Of a stretch of 64,000 bases of DNA, positions 18,216 to 28,414 are shown in pieces. How positions within the stretch are numbered: position 1 is the first letter of the stretch; every line of letters starts with the position of its first letter. The notes beneath the pieces are model-generated. The model ran no database searches, was not told the DNA's origin, and saw only the letters and a program-made list of their open reading frames with translations. Source of the DNA: an uncultured Bacteroidales bacterium (GTDB lineage Bacteria > Bacteroidota > Bacteroidia > Bacteroidales > UBA7960); NCBI GenBank assembly GCA_964348755.1, contig CAYGDW010000009.1, positions 38 to 64,037 of the forward strand, in the 5' to 3' direction. A program made the position numbers and the translations under genes.

Positions 18216-20501
18216 CTACCTGAGGGGATCCTCGTTAAAAATAAGGAACCCGAAGTTGAACGAAAATGAAAAAGGCACCTCGTATCTGTCGTAAATATTG
18301 AAAGTAATGGAGGCTGGCCCCAGCCTGGTGTTTGCAACCAATGCTGTAGAAAGCATAAAGTACCTTTTCTGGAAAGGTCTGCCCAGGTAAGGCACTCCCT
18401 GTTCATTGGCCAGAATTTCGCGAAAAGGCTGAAAAATATAGCCTTCCACTCTTAGGTCGGTGTTCCTTGAAAAGGAATATATTCCCTGCAAACCCAATAC
18501 CGCAAAGTTTTGGGCACGATAGGCGGGCAAAAAAATAGTTCGCGATTTGGGTACATGCTCAAATGCTGGTGCAGTAAGCAAACTGCTGGTGAGGTTTGAA
18601 AATAGCTTTTTGTTTGATAATAACAGCTTTGAGTAAAATCCCAATTTATACTTTTGCTCGCCACTGAAATAATTGAGATAGGTTGCAGAAAACTGCCACC
18701 ATGTATGCTCTTTTCTTGAGCTCAGCCCCATTGGCGAAGTAGAGCCTGGGCGATGTTGCTCAAGGCCTGATACAAACCGCCCTCTAATTGAGAGCAGAGT
18801 GCCCATATTGGCATATTGCTTGCGGTTGAGGGTATTGCGCTCAAACAATACATTTGGGCTGAAAAAGCTGAAGTGGGTCCGGTCGGTGGTATCGGAACGC
18901 GAAAATTGATTGGATTGGTAATAATCGAAACGATTTTGCCCAAAAGTTGCCCCTACCAATAACTTTCCGGTATAGTGGGCCGGGAACCCTGCCCTAAAGT
19001 TCATAAAGTTTTGATTTATGCGGAGGTATGCAGGGGTTTGATCTTGAAAGAACAATGAATTGGTCTGGAAATAATTAAAAATATTTAAGGTATAACTCCC
19101 TTCCAGAAAGAATGGCATTGTGGTTGGGAAGCCCATTCGGCCAAGCAAATGAAAGGAGTTGTAGAACCTTCCGACAAATACATTGGCCAAACCGGTAAAG
19201 GCATTGAAACCCAAATGCCTGTATTGGGCCTCAACAAAAGTAGTGTTTACCGGACTGCTCGAAATGTTGCCACCAAACTGCAGCACCAATGTTTTATTTA
19301 AGGTTACATCAAGATAAAGGTCAAAATACCCGGAATTGCGGTTAAACCTGACCGAGGGCACAATTAGGTCAATATGTTCTTCGGCCAGCAGTTTAAAATA
19401 CTCAACTTTTATTTGCTCAATCGGGGTTGGTTTGCGTTCGTACAAAAGTTTGTACATAAAATCCATTTGGGCTTCATTCACTCCTCTGAAAAAAATCCGG
19501 TCAATGATCATTGGGGGTTTTTTATCCAGAAATGCCTGCCTTTTCATCTGCCTTTGTTCAACAGAAACCTCGCGTTTGACATAATTTCTAATTGTATCAA
19601 TAACTCGCAAGGCGGCCACATAGCCACTGTCTAAAATCAATCGGGAGCGCGAGAAGTCTGTTACGCTAACCTGAGGAATATCAGGCCTGACAATGATTCC
19701 TTTTTCAGGGTCAATATTGTATTCGGTATGAAAAACCACAAGGTTTTCTAAATGCGATCTAATATTATCTTCGGTTGGAGGGTCAAAATTTTGAGCCACC
19801 ACACTTCCGATAATAAAATCGGGATTAAAATCCTTGATCATTACGTCCACCGGAAAGTTATTATAAATTCCACCGTCGAAAAGCAGCCTGCCATCTACCC
19901 TTGTAGGCCTGAAAACAAAAGGGAATGTCATTGAAGCCCTGATAGCGGGAAAAATATCGCCACGGCGGAATACCACCTGTTCTTTTCGTTCTATATCGGC
20001 AGCCACGCAGCGAAATGGAACAAACAAACTATCGAAGTTTCCGCGCGATATCACATTTACGGCCGAGAGGTACTGCACGCCGGCAAAGTCCATTTGAACC
20101 GGCGATACCAGGCTTACTGGCAGCCTGTGGTGCCAAATAGAATCAATAGTAAACCTGGTTGAAATCCAGGAAGCATTGTCGGGCAGCCTTTTAAAGTAAA
20201 AGTTATATTCCTTGTCGATGGTGCCGAGTGCCCAGGATTGAAACTCGGGGCTTGTAACAATTTTTTCTATGCTGTCGGGCGAAAAGCCGCTGGCATACAT
20301 TCCGCCAATTATTGCGCCCATGCTGGTTCCGGCAATATAATCAATGGGTATTTTGTTTTCCTCGAGGGCTTTGAGAAGGCCTACATGAGCCACCCCCTTT
20401 GCTCCACCACCGCTAAGTACAACGCCAACCCGCTGTGCCTCCGAAACCCCGGCAAGCAGCATGGTTATTGCAAAGAAAAAATATAGCCTGAAGGTTGGCA
20501 T
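18216..20501 (-). CDS. patatin-like phospholipase with C-terminal Omp85/surface-antigen-like beta-barrel
   Basis: It has a signal peptide, the oxyanion motif GGGAKGVAHVG and the lipase motif GTSMG. The long C-terminal half is rich in aromatic beta-strands. Confidence 0.82.
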   Translation of the reverse strand: MPTFRLYFFFAITMLLAGVSEAQRVGVVLSGGGAKGVAHVGLLKALEENKIPIDYIAGTSMGAIIGGMYASGFSPDSIEKIVTSPEFQSWALGTIDKEYNFYFKRLPDNASWISTRFTIDSIWHHRLPVSLVSPVQMDFAGVQYLSAVNVISRGNFDSLFVPFRCVAADIERKEQVVFRRGDIFPAIRASMTFPFVFRPTRVDGRLLFDGGIYNNFPVDVMIKDFNPDFIIGSVVAQNFDPPTEDNIRSHLENLVVFHTEYNIDPEKGIIVRPDIPQVSVTDFSRSRLILDSGYVAALRVIDTIRNYVKREVSVEQRQMKRQAFLDKKPPMIIDRIFFRGVNEAQMDFMYKLLYERKPTPIEQIKVEYFKLLAEEHIDLIVPSVRFNRNSGYFDLYLDVTLNKTLVLQFGGNISSSPVNTTFVEAQYRHLGFNAFTGLANVFVGRFYNSFHLLGRMGFPTTMPFFLEGSYTLNIFNYFQTNSLFFQDQTPAYLRINQNFMNFRAGFPAHYTGKLLVGATFGQNRFDYYQSNQFSRSDTTDRTHFSFFSPNVLFERNTLNRKQYANMGTLLSIRGRFVSGLEQHRPGSTSPMGLSSRKEHTWWQFSATYLNYFSGEQKYKLGFYSKLLLSNKKLFSNLTSSLLTAPAFEHVPKSRTIFLPAYRAQNFAVLGLQGIYSFSRNTDLRVEGYIFQPFREILANEQGVPYLGRPFQKRYFMLSTALVANTRLGPASITFNIYDRYEVPFSFSFNFGFLIFNEDPLR

Positions 20502-20553
20502 TTTTAAAACAGAAACCGGCTTTAAATATTCCGATATCTTACATGTAAAGTTA

Positions 20554-20561
20554 CAAAACTA
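20554..20561 (-). promoter_or_regulatory. putative -7 box TAgtTTTG (minus strand)
   Basis: The plus-strand caaaacta lies about 53 nt upstream of the patatin ATG at 20501. Confidence 0.4.
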
Positions 20562-20600
20562 AGGCTCTTTTTTTCAGAAAAATTCAAAAAAATTGCATGA

Positions 20601-21782
20601 TCAGATTTTTCTCAAGGCCTGATCAATATCAGCTATGATGTCATCTACGTTTTCGATACCGACAGAAAATCGCACCAACCCATCGGATATGCCCGAATTC
20701 AATCTGTCTTCCCTGCTTATTTTTGAGTGTGTCATGCTGGCAGGGTGCTGTATAAGGGTTTCGACGCCTCCAAGCGATACAGCAAGAATACATAGTTTTA
20801 CGTTGTCCATGAGTTTTTTGCCGGCTGCAAGGCCTCCCTTCACTTCAAAACTAATCATGGCGCCAGGGCCTGACATTTGCCTGGCAGCCAGTGCATATTG
20901 TGGGTGCGATTTCAACCCCGGATATTTTACCCAATCAATCTTGGGATGGTTTTCGAGATACGTGGCAATCTTGGCAGCACTTTGCTGAGCTTTTTCAATG
21001 CGAAGAGAAAGTGTTTTTAAACCACGAATAACCAAATATGCCTGGTGCGGATCCATATTGCAACCAAGGTTTATCATCATAGGTCGCAAAATATCATAAA
21101 TGGGCTTTTGCCGGGTTACAATAATACCGCCTACCACGTCGGCGTGGCCATTCAGAAATTTGGTAATGCTGTGAAAAACCACATCGAACCCATAATCGAG
21201 AGGCCTTTGCAGGTAAGGGCTGCAAAAAGTATTGTCGGCCACCGTAATAAGGTTGTGCTGTTGGGCTATTGATACCACCCCTGCCAGATCGGCAATATCC
21301 ATAGTAGGGTTGGCCGGCGTTTCAATAAAAATCATTTTAGTGTTGGGCCTTATTGCCTTGCTAATATTCTCAAGATTGGAGGTATCAATATATGTCGATT
21401 CAATACCAAACCTCGAATAATGCTTTTCCATTACAATTCGCGAGGGGCCATAAATGGCTGCTGAGCTTATCATGTGGTCGCCTTTGCTAAGCAATCCCAT
21501 ATAAATGGTATTAACGGCACCCATGCCAGAACTGACTGCCACGCCACGGTAGCCGTTTTCGAGTTCGGCTACCAGTTTTTCGAGGGCATCGATGGTTGGG
21601 TTGTTTATACGGGTGTAAATGTACCCGTCAGACTCGCCGGCAAAACAGGCTGCGCCATGGTCGGCATTTTTAAATTTAAATGTGCTGGTTTGATAAATTG
21701 GAACGGTGGCGCTGCCGAACTGATCATCGAATGCGCCGGCATGGATCAGTTTAGTGTCGAAACCAAGGTTTTTGGTATCCAT
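20601..21782 (-). CDS. PLP-dependent Cys/Met-metabolism enzyme, methionine gamma-lyase-like
   Basis: 393 aa with TKLIHAG near the N-terminus and the PLP-lysine motif SITKFLNGHADVVGG. Confidence 0.8.
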   Translation of the reverse strand: MDTKNLGFDTKLIHAGAFDDQFGSATVPIYQTSTFKFKNADHGAACFAGESDGYIYTRINNPTIDALEKLVAELENGYRGVAVSSGMGAVNTIYMGLLSKGDHMISSAAIYGPSRIVMEKHYSRFGIESTYIDTSNLENISKAIRPNTKMIFIETPANPTMDIADLAGVVSIAQQHNLITVADNTFCSPYLQRPLDYGFDVVFHSITKFLNGHADVVGGIIVTRQKPIYDILRPMMINLGCNMDPHQAYLVIRGLKTLSLRIEKAQQSAAKIATYLENHPKIDWVKYPGLKSHPQYALAARQMSGPGAMISFEVKGGLAAGKKLMDNVKLCILAVSLGGVETLIQHPASMTHSKISREDRLNSGISDGLVRFSVGIENVDDIIADIDQALRKI

Positions 21783-21803
21783 TTTTGAAAAATATTTTTT
21801 TGA

Positions 21804-22166
21804 TTAAAAATTTTCCATTTCTAACATAATCAGCGTGCAATCTTCTTTGGTTTCTATACCAGCGGCCTTTGCCATTTTGTATAGTTTGGGGTTGAAGGTG
21901 CCTGGGTTAAAAATAATCCGACGCGGATTGAGTCCAATCAGGTACTCAAGGAATTGCTCCTGATTTGCAGGATTCATATACAGAGTAATTGTATGAATGT
22001 TTTTAAAATCGGGCATGCCTTTGTGCACCTGCACCGTTTCAATGGTTGTTTCGCGCATGCCAATAGCAACTACTGCATAATTATACTCAAGGAGTTTTTT
22101 TACAGCCTTGTACGAGTATCTAGCGGGGTTTGTGCTGGCACCAAGCACCAGGGTTTTTTTTACCAT
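21804..22166 (-). CDS. CoA-binding domain protein (YccU/YneT-like)
   Basis: KTLVLGASTNPARYSYKAVKKLLEYNYAVVAIG is the typical small CoA-binding fold. The start could be the ATG at 22166 or the GTG at 22172. Confidence 0.72.
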   Translation of the reverse strand: MVKKTLVLGASTNPARYSYKAVKKLLEYNYAVVAIGMRETTIETVQVHKGMPDFKNIHTITLYMNPANQEQFLEYLIGLNPRRIIFNPGTFNPKLYKMAKAAGIETKEDCTLIMLEMENF

Positions 22167-22171
22167 AAACA

Positions 22172-22567
22172 CTAAACAGTTTTTGTTGTTACAATAAATT
22201 GGGGTGCCATTGCAATATGTTTTTTAACGGCGCAAGCATTTGCGGCCTTTATTAGTGATTCTTTATACTTTTCAGGAAAACCGGAAGGTAAGAGTATATC
22301 GATTTCGATGACGCTAATCATTCGGGTTTCGGGGTTGCGGTGCATTTTTTGTACCAGGCTAATACCCTCTGCGGGCAAGCCCCTTTGCTGGCAAAATGCT
22401 TTTACGTAATATCCGGCACAGGTTCCGATTGAAGCCAGGAAAAGGTCGAATGGACCGGGAGCGCTGTTGTCGCCTCCGGCAGTAGTTGGTTGGTCAGTAT
22501 GAATTACAAAGCCTTTGTAATGCGCCTCAACGCGTAGGTTATCACCAAGATGTATTAACATTTCCAT
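22172..22567 (-). CDS. OsmC family protein
   Basis: 131 aa. The motif ..APGPFDLFLASIGTCAGYY.. and a second Cys region (NACAVKKH) fit the OsmC/Ohr fold. Confidence 0.78.
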   Translation of the reverse strand: MEMLIHLGDNLRVEAHYKGFVIHTDQPTTAGGDNSAPGPFDLFLASIGTCAGYYVKAFCQQRGLPAEGISLVQKMHRNPETRMISVIEIDILLPSGFPEKYKESLIKAANACAVKKHIAMAPQFIVTTKTV

Positions 22568-22585
22568 AAAATAATCCTTTTTAGG

Positions 22586-23005
22586 TTATTCTTCATTATG
22601 TTTCATAGCGGGCAACAATTTTTCCAAAAACCAGCCGGGTGCCGGGCAAGGCCGGTGGTTCGAAAATTTTACAAACGCGAGCACAGTGTTTCCGGTGCAA
22701 AGCAGGGTACCTTGTTCATTAATCACCTGATAATCGAAAACCATTCTTGAAGCCGGTATTTCGCTAACAATGCATCTGATTGTTAGCAGGTCGTCGTAGC
22801 GGGCTGGCTTTATATACTTTACATTCATTTGCGAAATGGGCATATACACGCCTTTTTCTTCCATTTGACGGTAAGTCATACCCAGTTTGCGCATTGCCTC
22901 TGCCCTGCTTACCTCAAAATAAAGGGCATAATTTCCGTAGTAAGCAAACCCCATTTGGTCGGTTTCGCCATATCGCACTCTTAGCTGAACTTCAGAAACA
23001 AACAT
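22586..23005 (-). CDS. YbgC/FadM-family acyl-CoA thioesterase (hotdog fold)
   Basis: VRYGETDQMGFAYYGNY matches the 4HBT-type catalytic N-terminus. Length is 139 aa. Confidence 0.85.
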   Translation of the reverse strand: MFVSEVQLRVRYGETDQMGFAYYGNYALYFEVSRAEAMRKLGMTYRQMEEKGVYMPISQMNVKYIKPARYDDLLTIRCIVSEIPASRMVFDYQVINEQGTLLCTGNTVLAFVKFSNHRPCPAPGWFLEKLLPAMKHNEE

Positions 23006-23029
23006 AGCAACTATGTTTAACTGGCATTG

Positions 23030-26000
23030 TTATCGACCATGACATTGCTTGTATTTTTTTCCACTACCGCATGGGCAAGGTTCGTTTCGTCCCACCTTTT
23101 TTTCAACCCTTATTGGTTCGGCTTTTCGCTGGCCGGCTCCTGGCACATCGCTGCGTCCGGTTTGCATCCGGCTCATATCGGTTCGTTCGGGAGCGCTTGC
23201 GCGCTGCACCTGGTCAGCGCTTTGTATGGGTAGGCGGGCTTTAGCCAGAAACGATATAATATCTTTGTTTACCTTGCTCATCATTCGCTTGAAGAGCTCA
23301 AACGACTCAAACTTGTAGATTAGCAGTGGGTCTTTCTGTTCGTAGGCCGCACCTTGTACCGACTGTTTCAGGTCGTCCATTTCGCGCAGGTGTTCTTTCC
23401 AGGCATTGTCAATTATGGCAAGGGTTATGCTTTTTTCAATTGAAAGGGCCACTTCTCGGCCCTGGGTTTCGTAGGCCTTTTTTAAATTGGCCACCAGATT
23501 CAGGGTTTTTTGCCCGTCGGTAATAGGTATTGCAATGTTTTCGTAAAGTTGTGCTGCCCTTTCATACACATCTTTTATAACGGGGTATGCTGCCGCAGCA
23601 ATTCCTACATTTTTGAATTTGTAGCTTTGAACGGCCTTTTCGTAAAGCTTTTCGGTAAGTTTATCAACTTTGGTGTCAATGAACTCCTTTTCTTCGAATG
23701 GCGATTCGATAGCAAATGTTTTGATCAGGTTCATTTCGAAGGCGTCGTAATCGGCTTGCTCCTGGCCATCAATAATTATTTGCTCGCAGGTATCGTACAT
23801 TATGTTTGCAATGTCAACAGCCAGTCGCTCTCCGAATAGTGCGTTTCGGCGTTTTCGATAGATTACTTCGCGCTGGGCATTCATTACGTCGTCGTATTCG
23901 AGCAGTCGCTTTCGAATGCCGAAGTTATTTTCTTCCACTTTTTTCTGGGCGCGTTCAATTGATTTGGTAATCATGCTGTGCTGAATTACCTCCCCTTCCT
24001 GCAATCCCAGTCGGTCCATTATTTTGGCAATCCGGTCTGATCCGAAAATACGCATCAGGTCGTCTTCGAGCGAAACGAAGAATTGGGATGATCCGGGGTC
24101 GCCTTGTCGTCCGGAGCGTCCGCGTAGCTGGCGGTCAACGCGCCTTGATTCGTGGCGCTCGGTACCAATAATTGCTAAACCGCCGGCCTCTTTTACCCCG
24201 GGCCCAAGCTTAATGTCGGTACCACGGCCGGCCATGTTGGTAGCAATGGTTACCGTACCGGCTTTTCCGGCTTCGGCCACAATGTGGGCTTCTTTCTGGT
24301 GCTGCTTGGCATTCAATATATTGTGCCGTATCTTGCGCAGGTTGAGCATTCGGCTTAGCAGCTCCGAAATTTCTACTGAAGTGGTACCTACCAGTACCGG
24401 GCGGCCGGCATTAATAAGGTTTCCAATCTCGTCAATAACTGCATTGTATTTTTCGCGCTTGGTTTTAAATACAAGGTCTTCGTGGTCGGTTCTTACAACG
24501 CGGCGATGGGTCGGAATTACAACCACATCGAGTTTATAAATGTTCCAGAATTCGCCAGCTTCGGTTTCGGCTGTACCCGTCATACCAGCCAACTTCCGAT
24601 ACATTCTGAAATAGTTTTGCAGGGTAATGGTGGCGTAGGTTTGGGTGGCTGCTTCAACCTTTACGTTTTCTTTGGCTTCGATAGCCTGGTGCAGCCCGTC
24701 GCTGTAGCGGCGGCCTTCCATAATACGGCCGGTTTGCTCATCAACAATTTTTATCTTGTTGTCCATTATCACATACTCGGTGTCTTTTTCGAACAGGGTA
24801 TATGCTTTGAGCAACTGATTTATGGTGTGTATTCGCTCACTTTTTACCGAAAAATCGCTTAGAAGCAAGTTTTTCTTTTCAAGTTTTTCCTGGTGCGAAA
24901 GGTCCGCCTTTTCTATTTCAGCAATTTCAGAGCCCATGTCGGGCAGAATAAAGAAATTGGGGTCGTCGGTTTGGCCTGTTATCAGGTCTATTCCTTTTTC
25001 GGTAAGTTCTATTGAGTTGTTTTTTTCTTCAATAACAAAGTAAAGTTCGTCATCGATAATATGCATGTGTTTATTTTGCTCCTGCATATAGAAATTTTCG
25101 GTTTTTTGCAGGATAGCTTTGAGGCCAGGCTCGCTGAGCAGTTTTATCAGGGCTTTATTTTTTGGCAACCCTCGGTGGCATCGTAGCAGCAGTTCGCCTC
25201 CTTTTTTCTCATCCTGGCTTGCTTCGGGCCCTAGCAGCAGTTTGCGGGCTTCGGCCAGCAGGTTTGTAATGAGTGATCGCTGCGCGTTTACCAGTCGTTC
25301 AATCTTGGGTTTTAATTCCTGAAACTCATGTTTGTCGCCCTGGGGCGTAGGTCCCGAAATTATCAGCGGTGTACGGGCATCGTCAATAAGTACGGAGTCA
25401 ACTTCGTCCACAATGGCGTAGTTATGTTTTCGCTGCACCAGTTCTTCCGGGTTTCGGGCCATGTTGTCGCGCAGGTAGTCGAATCCAAATTCGTTGTTGG
25501 TGCCATAGGTTATATCGGCCAGGTAGGCCTTGCGTCTTTCGGGCGAGTTTGGCTCGTGTTTGTCGATGCAATCGACCTTAAGTCCGAGAAATTCGAACAG
25601 CATACCCATCCATTCCGAGTCGCGTTTGGCTAAGTAGTCGTTTACAGTAACCAGGTGCACGCCTTTCCCCGGAAGGGCATTAAGATAAACGGGCAGTGTA
25701 GCTACCAGGGTTTTACCTTCGCCAGTGGCCATTTCGGCAATTTTGCCCATGTTCAGGTGAATACCTCCAATAAGTTGCACATCGTAGTGTACCATGTCCC
25801 AGGTTATCATGTTGCCACCGGCCATCCACTGGTTTTGGTATATGGCCGTATTGCCCGAAATAGAAATGCTGGGGCGAATGGCAGCCAGGTCGCGGTCCAT
25901 ATGTGTAGCGGTAACCATTACCTCGGGGCCTTCTTTAAAACGGCGTGCGGTTTCTTTAATAACTGCAAATGCCTCAGGAAGTATTTGTTTGAGTGCTTCT

Positions 26001-26302
26001 TCGGTTTTTTCATCCTGCACCTTGGCAAGTGCATCAATTTGGTTATAAAGCAATTCTTTCTCCTCCACATCCATCGTGAAGTTTCCTTCCAATTGGTGGC
26101 GTAGCTGGTCAATCTGGTCTTGTTCGGCCTTTACCTCCTGGGCAATGCGATTGCGAAACTCCTGGGTTTTGGCGCGGAGTTGGTCGTTGTCGAGGTTTTT
26201 AATGGTTTCGTATGCCAGTATGGTTTGGTCCAGAAGGGGTTTTATTTCGCGATAGTCGCGCTCGGTCTTGCTTCCAAACAGTTTTTTTATTATGCTAAGC
26301 AT
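23030..26302 (-). CDS. secA: preprotein translocase ATPase SecA
   Basis: 1090 aa with the Walker A motif [30 protein letters not shown] and the C-terminal zinc motif [14 protein letters not shown]. Confidence 0.97.
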   Translation of the reverse strand: MLSIIKKLFGSKTERDYREIKPLLDQTILAYETIKNLDNDQLRAKTQEFRNRIAQEVKAEQDQIDQLRHQLEGNFTMDVEEKELLYNQIDALAKVQDEKTEEALKQILPEAFAVIKETARRFKEGPEVMVTATHMDRDLAAIRPSISISGNTAIYQNQWMAGGNMITWDMVHYDVQLIGGIHLNMGKIAEMATGEGKTLVATLPVYLNALPGKGVHLVTVNDYLAKRDSEWMGMLFEFLGLKVDCIDKHEPNSPERRKAYLADITYGTNNEFGFDYLRDNMARNPEELVQRKHNYAIVDEVDSVLIDDARTPLIISGPTPQGDKHEFQELKPKIERLVNAQRSLITNLLAEARKLLLGPEASQDEKKGGELLLRCHRGLPKNKALIKLLSEPGLKAILQKTENFYMQEQNKHMHIIDDELYFVIEEKNNSIELTEKGIDLITGQTDDPNFFILPDMGSEIAEIEKADLSHQEKLEKKNLLLSDFSVKSERIHTINQLLKAYTLFEKDTEYVIMDNKIKIVDEQTGRIMEGRRYSDGLHQAIEAKENVKVEAATQTYATITLQNYFRMYRKLAGMTGTAETEAGEFWNIYKLDVVVIPTHRRVVRTDHEDLVFKTKREKYNAVIDEIGNLINAGRPVLVGTTSVEISELLSRMLNLRKIRHNILNAKQHQKEAHIVAEAGKAGTVTIATNMAGRGTDIKLGPGVKEAGGLAIIGTERHESRRVDRQLRGRSGRQGDPGSSQFFVSLEDDLMRIFGSDRIAKIMDRLGLQEGEVIQHSMITKSIERAQKKVEENNFGIRKRLLEYDDVMNAQREVIYRKRRNALFGERLAVDIANIMYDTCEQIIIDGQEQADYDAFEMNLIKTFAIESPFEEKEFIDTKVDKLTEKLYEKAVQSYKFKNVGIAAAAYPVIKDVYERAAQLYENIAIPITDGQKTLNLVANLKKAYETQGREVALSIEKSITLAIIDNAWKEHLREMDDLKQSVQGAAYEQKDPLLIYKFESFELFKRMMSKVNKDIISFLAKARLPIQSADQVQRASAPERTDMSRMQTGRSDVPGAGQRKAEPIRVEKKVGRNEPCPCGSGKKYKQCHGR

Positions 26303-26350
26303 GATATGGAGATGGTGGTTTTTAAAAAAAGTGTGTTTTTTTCAGAAAGG

Positions 26351-26358
26351 CAAAGTTA
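26351..26358 (-). promoter_or_regulatory. putative -7 box TAacTTTG (minus strand)
   Basis: The plus-strand caaagtta lies about 50 nt upstream of the secA ATG at 26302. Confidence 0.45.
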
Positions 26359-26408
26359 ATCCAAATTAGGCTGAAAAATGACGTGTATTGCTACAAATCT
26401 TCGGGTAA

Positions 26409-26435
26409 TAAAAAACCGGCTTAAAAGGCCGGTTT
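26409..26435 (-). terminator. rho-independent terminator
   Basis: On the minus strand it reads aaaccggc-cttttaa-gccggttt followed by further T residues. It lies downstream of the DUF2795 gene. Confidence 0.7.
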
Positions 26436-26456
26436 AATGCTTTTTAAATAATAAAA

Positions 26457-26678
26457 TCAGTACTCATCCTCGTGAAAGAAGAAATCGTCTTTAGTAGGAT
26501 AATCTGGCCAAATGTCTTCAATGCTTTCGTAAACATCGCCTTCATCTTCAATTTCCTGGAGGTTTTCGATTACCTCCATGGGTGCGCCCGAACGAAGGGC
26601 AAAGTCAATAAGCTCTTCCTTGGTGGCAGGCCATGGGGCATCTTCGAGTTTTGAGGCTAATTCAAGTGTCCAATACAT
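26457..26678 (-). CDS. DUF2795 domain protein
   Basis: 73 aa. The sequence ..WPATKEELIDFALRSGAPMEVIENL.. matches my recollection of the DUF2795 core. Confidence 0.7.
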   Translation of the reverse strand: MYWTLELASKLEDAPWPATKEELIDFALRSGAPMEVIENLQEIEDEGDVYESIEDIWPDYPTKDDFFFHEDEY

Positions 26679-26702
26679 ATTAGCAGCCGGTTATAATTTT
26701 TG

Positions 26703-26710
26703 CAAAAGTA
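26703..26710 (-). promoter_or_regulatory. putative -7 box TActTTTG (minus strand)
   Basis: The plus-strand caaaagta lies 25 nt upstream of the ATG at 26678. Confidence 0.45.
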
Positions 26711-26850
26711 TATTATTTTGCATAATAACCAATTTTTTTGATAAATGTTTTGGGCGATACCAAAAAGGTGCTCGTTTTTAAAAAACCTTAATTTGTTCTT
26801 TTATATCGTTATAGAAAGGAACCTGTAATTATTCGTGATAAAAAACTTGT

Positions 26851-26889
26851 AAAAAAAATTGCGGCATGTTTATAGAAGACATGCCGCAA
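26851..26889 (-). terminator. rho-independent terminator
   Basis: A perfect 11-bp stem (ttgcggcatgt / acatgccgcaa) has a 9-nt loop. On the minus strand it is followed by T8. It lies about 30 nt after the E2 stop at 26919. Confidence 0.85.
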
Positions 26890-26918
26890 GGGTGATTTAT
26901 TTAACCTTGTTTACAGGG

Positions 26919-28250
26919 TTAAATTTTCTGGCTGATATCGAAATTTTCGAGGTATTGTGCTACCTGCCTGAGGAACATACCTCCGAGGGCACCGTCAACC
27001 ACGCGGTGGTCGCAGGCAAGCGAGAGCATCATCATGTTTCGGATACCGATGGTATCGCCCTGGGAGGTTTCGATTACTACTGGTTTTTTTTGTATAATAC
27101 CCACCCCAAGAATTGCCACCTGGGGCTGATTGATAATTGGGGTACCGGCCATTGCGCCAAATGAGCCGAAGTTTGTAAGTGTAAATGTGCCTCCTTGTAT
27201 TTCGTCGGGCTTTAGCTGGCTGGCTCGAGCCCGGTTTGCAAGGTCGTTAACTTCTTTAGTAAGTCCCAGAAGGCTTTTGTGGTCGGCATTTTTTATAACT
27301 GGCACAATAAGATTGCCATCGGGGGTGGCGGCTGCCATGCCAATATTTACGTTTTTGCGAACAATAATTTTGTCGTTATCAACCGAAACGTTTACCATGG
27401 GGTAATCGCGCAGGGCCTTTGCAATTGCATCTATAAAAATGGGTGTGAAAGTAAGCTTCTCGCCTTCGCGATTTTCGAGGATTGCCTTTTGCCTGTTGCG
27501 CCAGTTTACTATGTTGGTTACATCGGCTTCGGCAAACAGGGTAATATGTACCGATGTGGCTTCAGACATTACCATGTGGCCTGCAATGAGTTTTCGCATA
27601 CGGCTCATTTCAACAATCTGGTCGCCTGTTCCGGCTATTACCGTAGGGGTTTGAGGTGCGGGTTTTGGAGTGGTTGCCACGGTATTGGCAAACGCTGCTG
27701 TGGCAGGTGCAGCAGGTGCAGCCTGGCCGGCTTCGCGCTTTTTGAGGTAATCGATAAGGTCCTGACGCACCAGGCGGTTTTGATGGCCGCTGCCGGGTAT
27801 TTGTTCAAGTTCTTCAATCGTAATATTCTCTTCTTTGGCAATGGTGCGTACAAGGGGCGAAAAGAACCGCCCGCTGTGGCTGCTTTTTTTCGGAGGTTCA
27901 ACGCTAATGGTTTCGACACTGGATTGAGCCAAGAGTGTGGTTGCTGGCAAGGCAACCAGTGGGGTTTCGGTGTTGGGGGCAGAAGCGGCCTGCGTGGTGC
28001 TTTGTTCCTGGCCAGTATTAATAATAGCAATAATGGTTTCGACCGCTACCACATCGCCCTCGTTAAAAAACCTCTGCTCCATAATGCCCTCAACAGGGCT
28101 GGGAATTTCTGAGTCAACCTTGTCGGTTGCGATCTCCAAAATGGCTGCATCCATTTCAATATTGTCGCCCACGTTTTTGAGCCATTTGGTTATGGTTGCC
28201 TCGGTAATACTCTCGCCCAGCTTGGGCATTTTTAGTTCAAATTTTGGCAT
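26919..28250 (-). CDS. 2-oxoacid dehydrogenase complex E2 (dihydrolipoyl acyltransferase)
   Basis: It has a lipoyl domain (..EIATDKVDSEIPSP..), an Ala/Pro linker and a peripheral-subunit-binding domain (SPLVRTIAKEENI..). The catalytic motif is DHRVVDG. Confidence 0.9.
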   Translation of the reverse strand: MPKFELKMPKLGESITEATITKWLKNVGDNIEMDAAILEIATDKVDSEIPSPVEGIMEQRFFNEGDVVAVETIIAIINTGQEQSTTQAASAPNTETPLVALPATTLLAQSSVETISVEPPKKSSHSGRFFSPLVRTIAKEENITIEELEQIPGSGHQNRLVRQDLIDYLKKREAGQAAPAAPATAAFANTVATTPKPAPQTPTVIAGTGDQIVEMSRMRKLIAGHMVMSEATSVHITLFAEADVTNIVNWRNRQKAILENREGEKLTFTPIFIDAIAKALRDYPMVNVSVDNDKIIVRKNVNIGMAAATPDGNLIVPVIKNADHKSLLGLTKEVNDLANRARASQLKPDEIQGGTFTLTNFGSFGAMAGTPIINQPQVAILGVGIIQKKPVVIETSQGDTIGIRNMMMLSLACDHRVVDGALGGMFLRQVAQYLENFDISQKI

Positions 28251-28414
28251 ATATTTATTTTTGTTTTGATCAGCTAAAAAATTATCACACTAAGTTACAA
28301 AATATTGGACAAAGGTTTTTCAAAATCCTTGCAGCAATATCCTGTGGCTTTGTGTTGCAGCGCAATTTTGTTAACACTCAAAGCCCAAAAAAGTTTATGG
28401 CACCGAGAAAGAGA

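Noticed and set aside
18216-20501. Patatin-like phospholipase as a possible CBASS or other defence effector.
   Set aside because: It has a signal peptide and a large Omp85-like beta-barrel C-terminus. It has no cyclase, sensor or other defence neighbours. This fits a housekeeping outer-membrane phospholipase of the PlpD type.
27279-28112. Long antisense ORFs opposite well-supported genes. These are 277 aa here, plus 29606-30235, 36947-37588, 51715-52395, 24024-24539, 59096-59662, 1552-1971 and many shorter ones.
   Set aside because: Each lies fully inside a gene with strong family motifs on the other strand. The translations are low-complexity or Cys/Arg/Gly-biased with no recognisable motifs. 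They are typical shadow ORFs.
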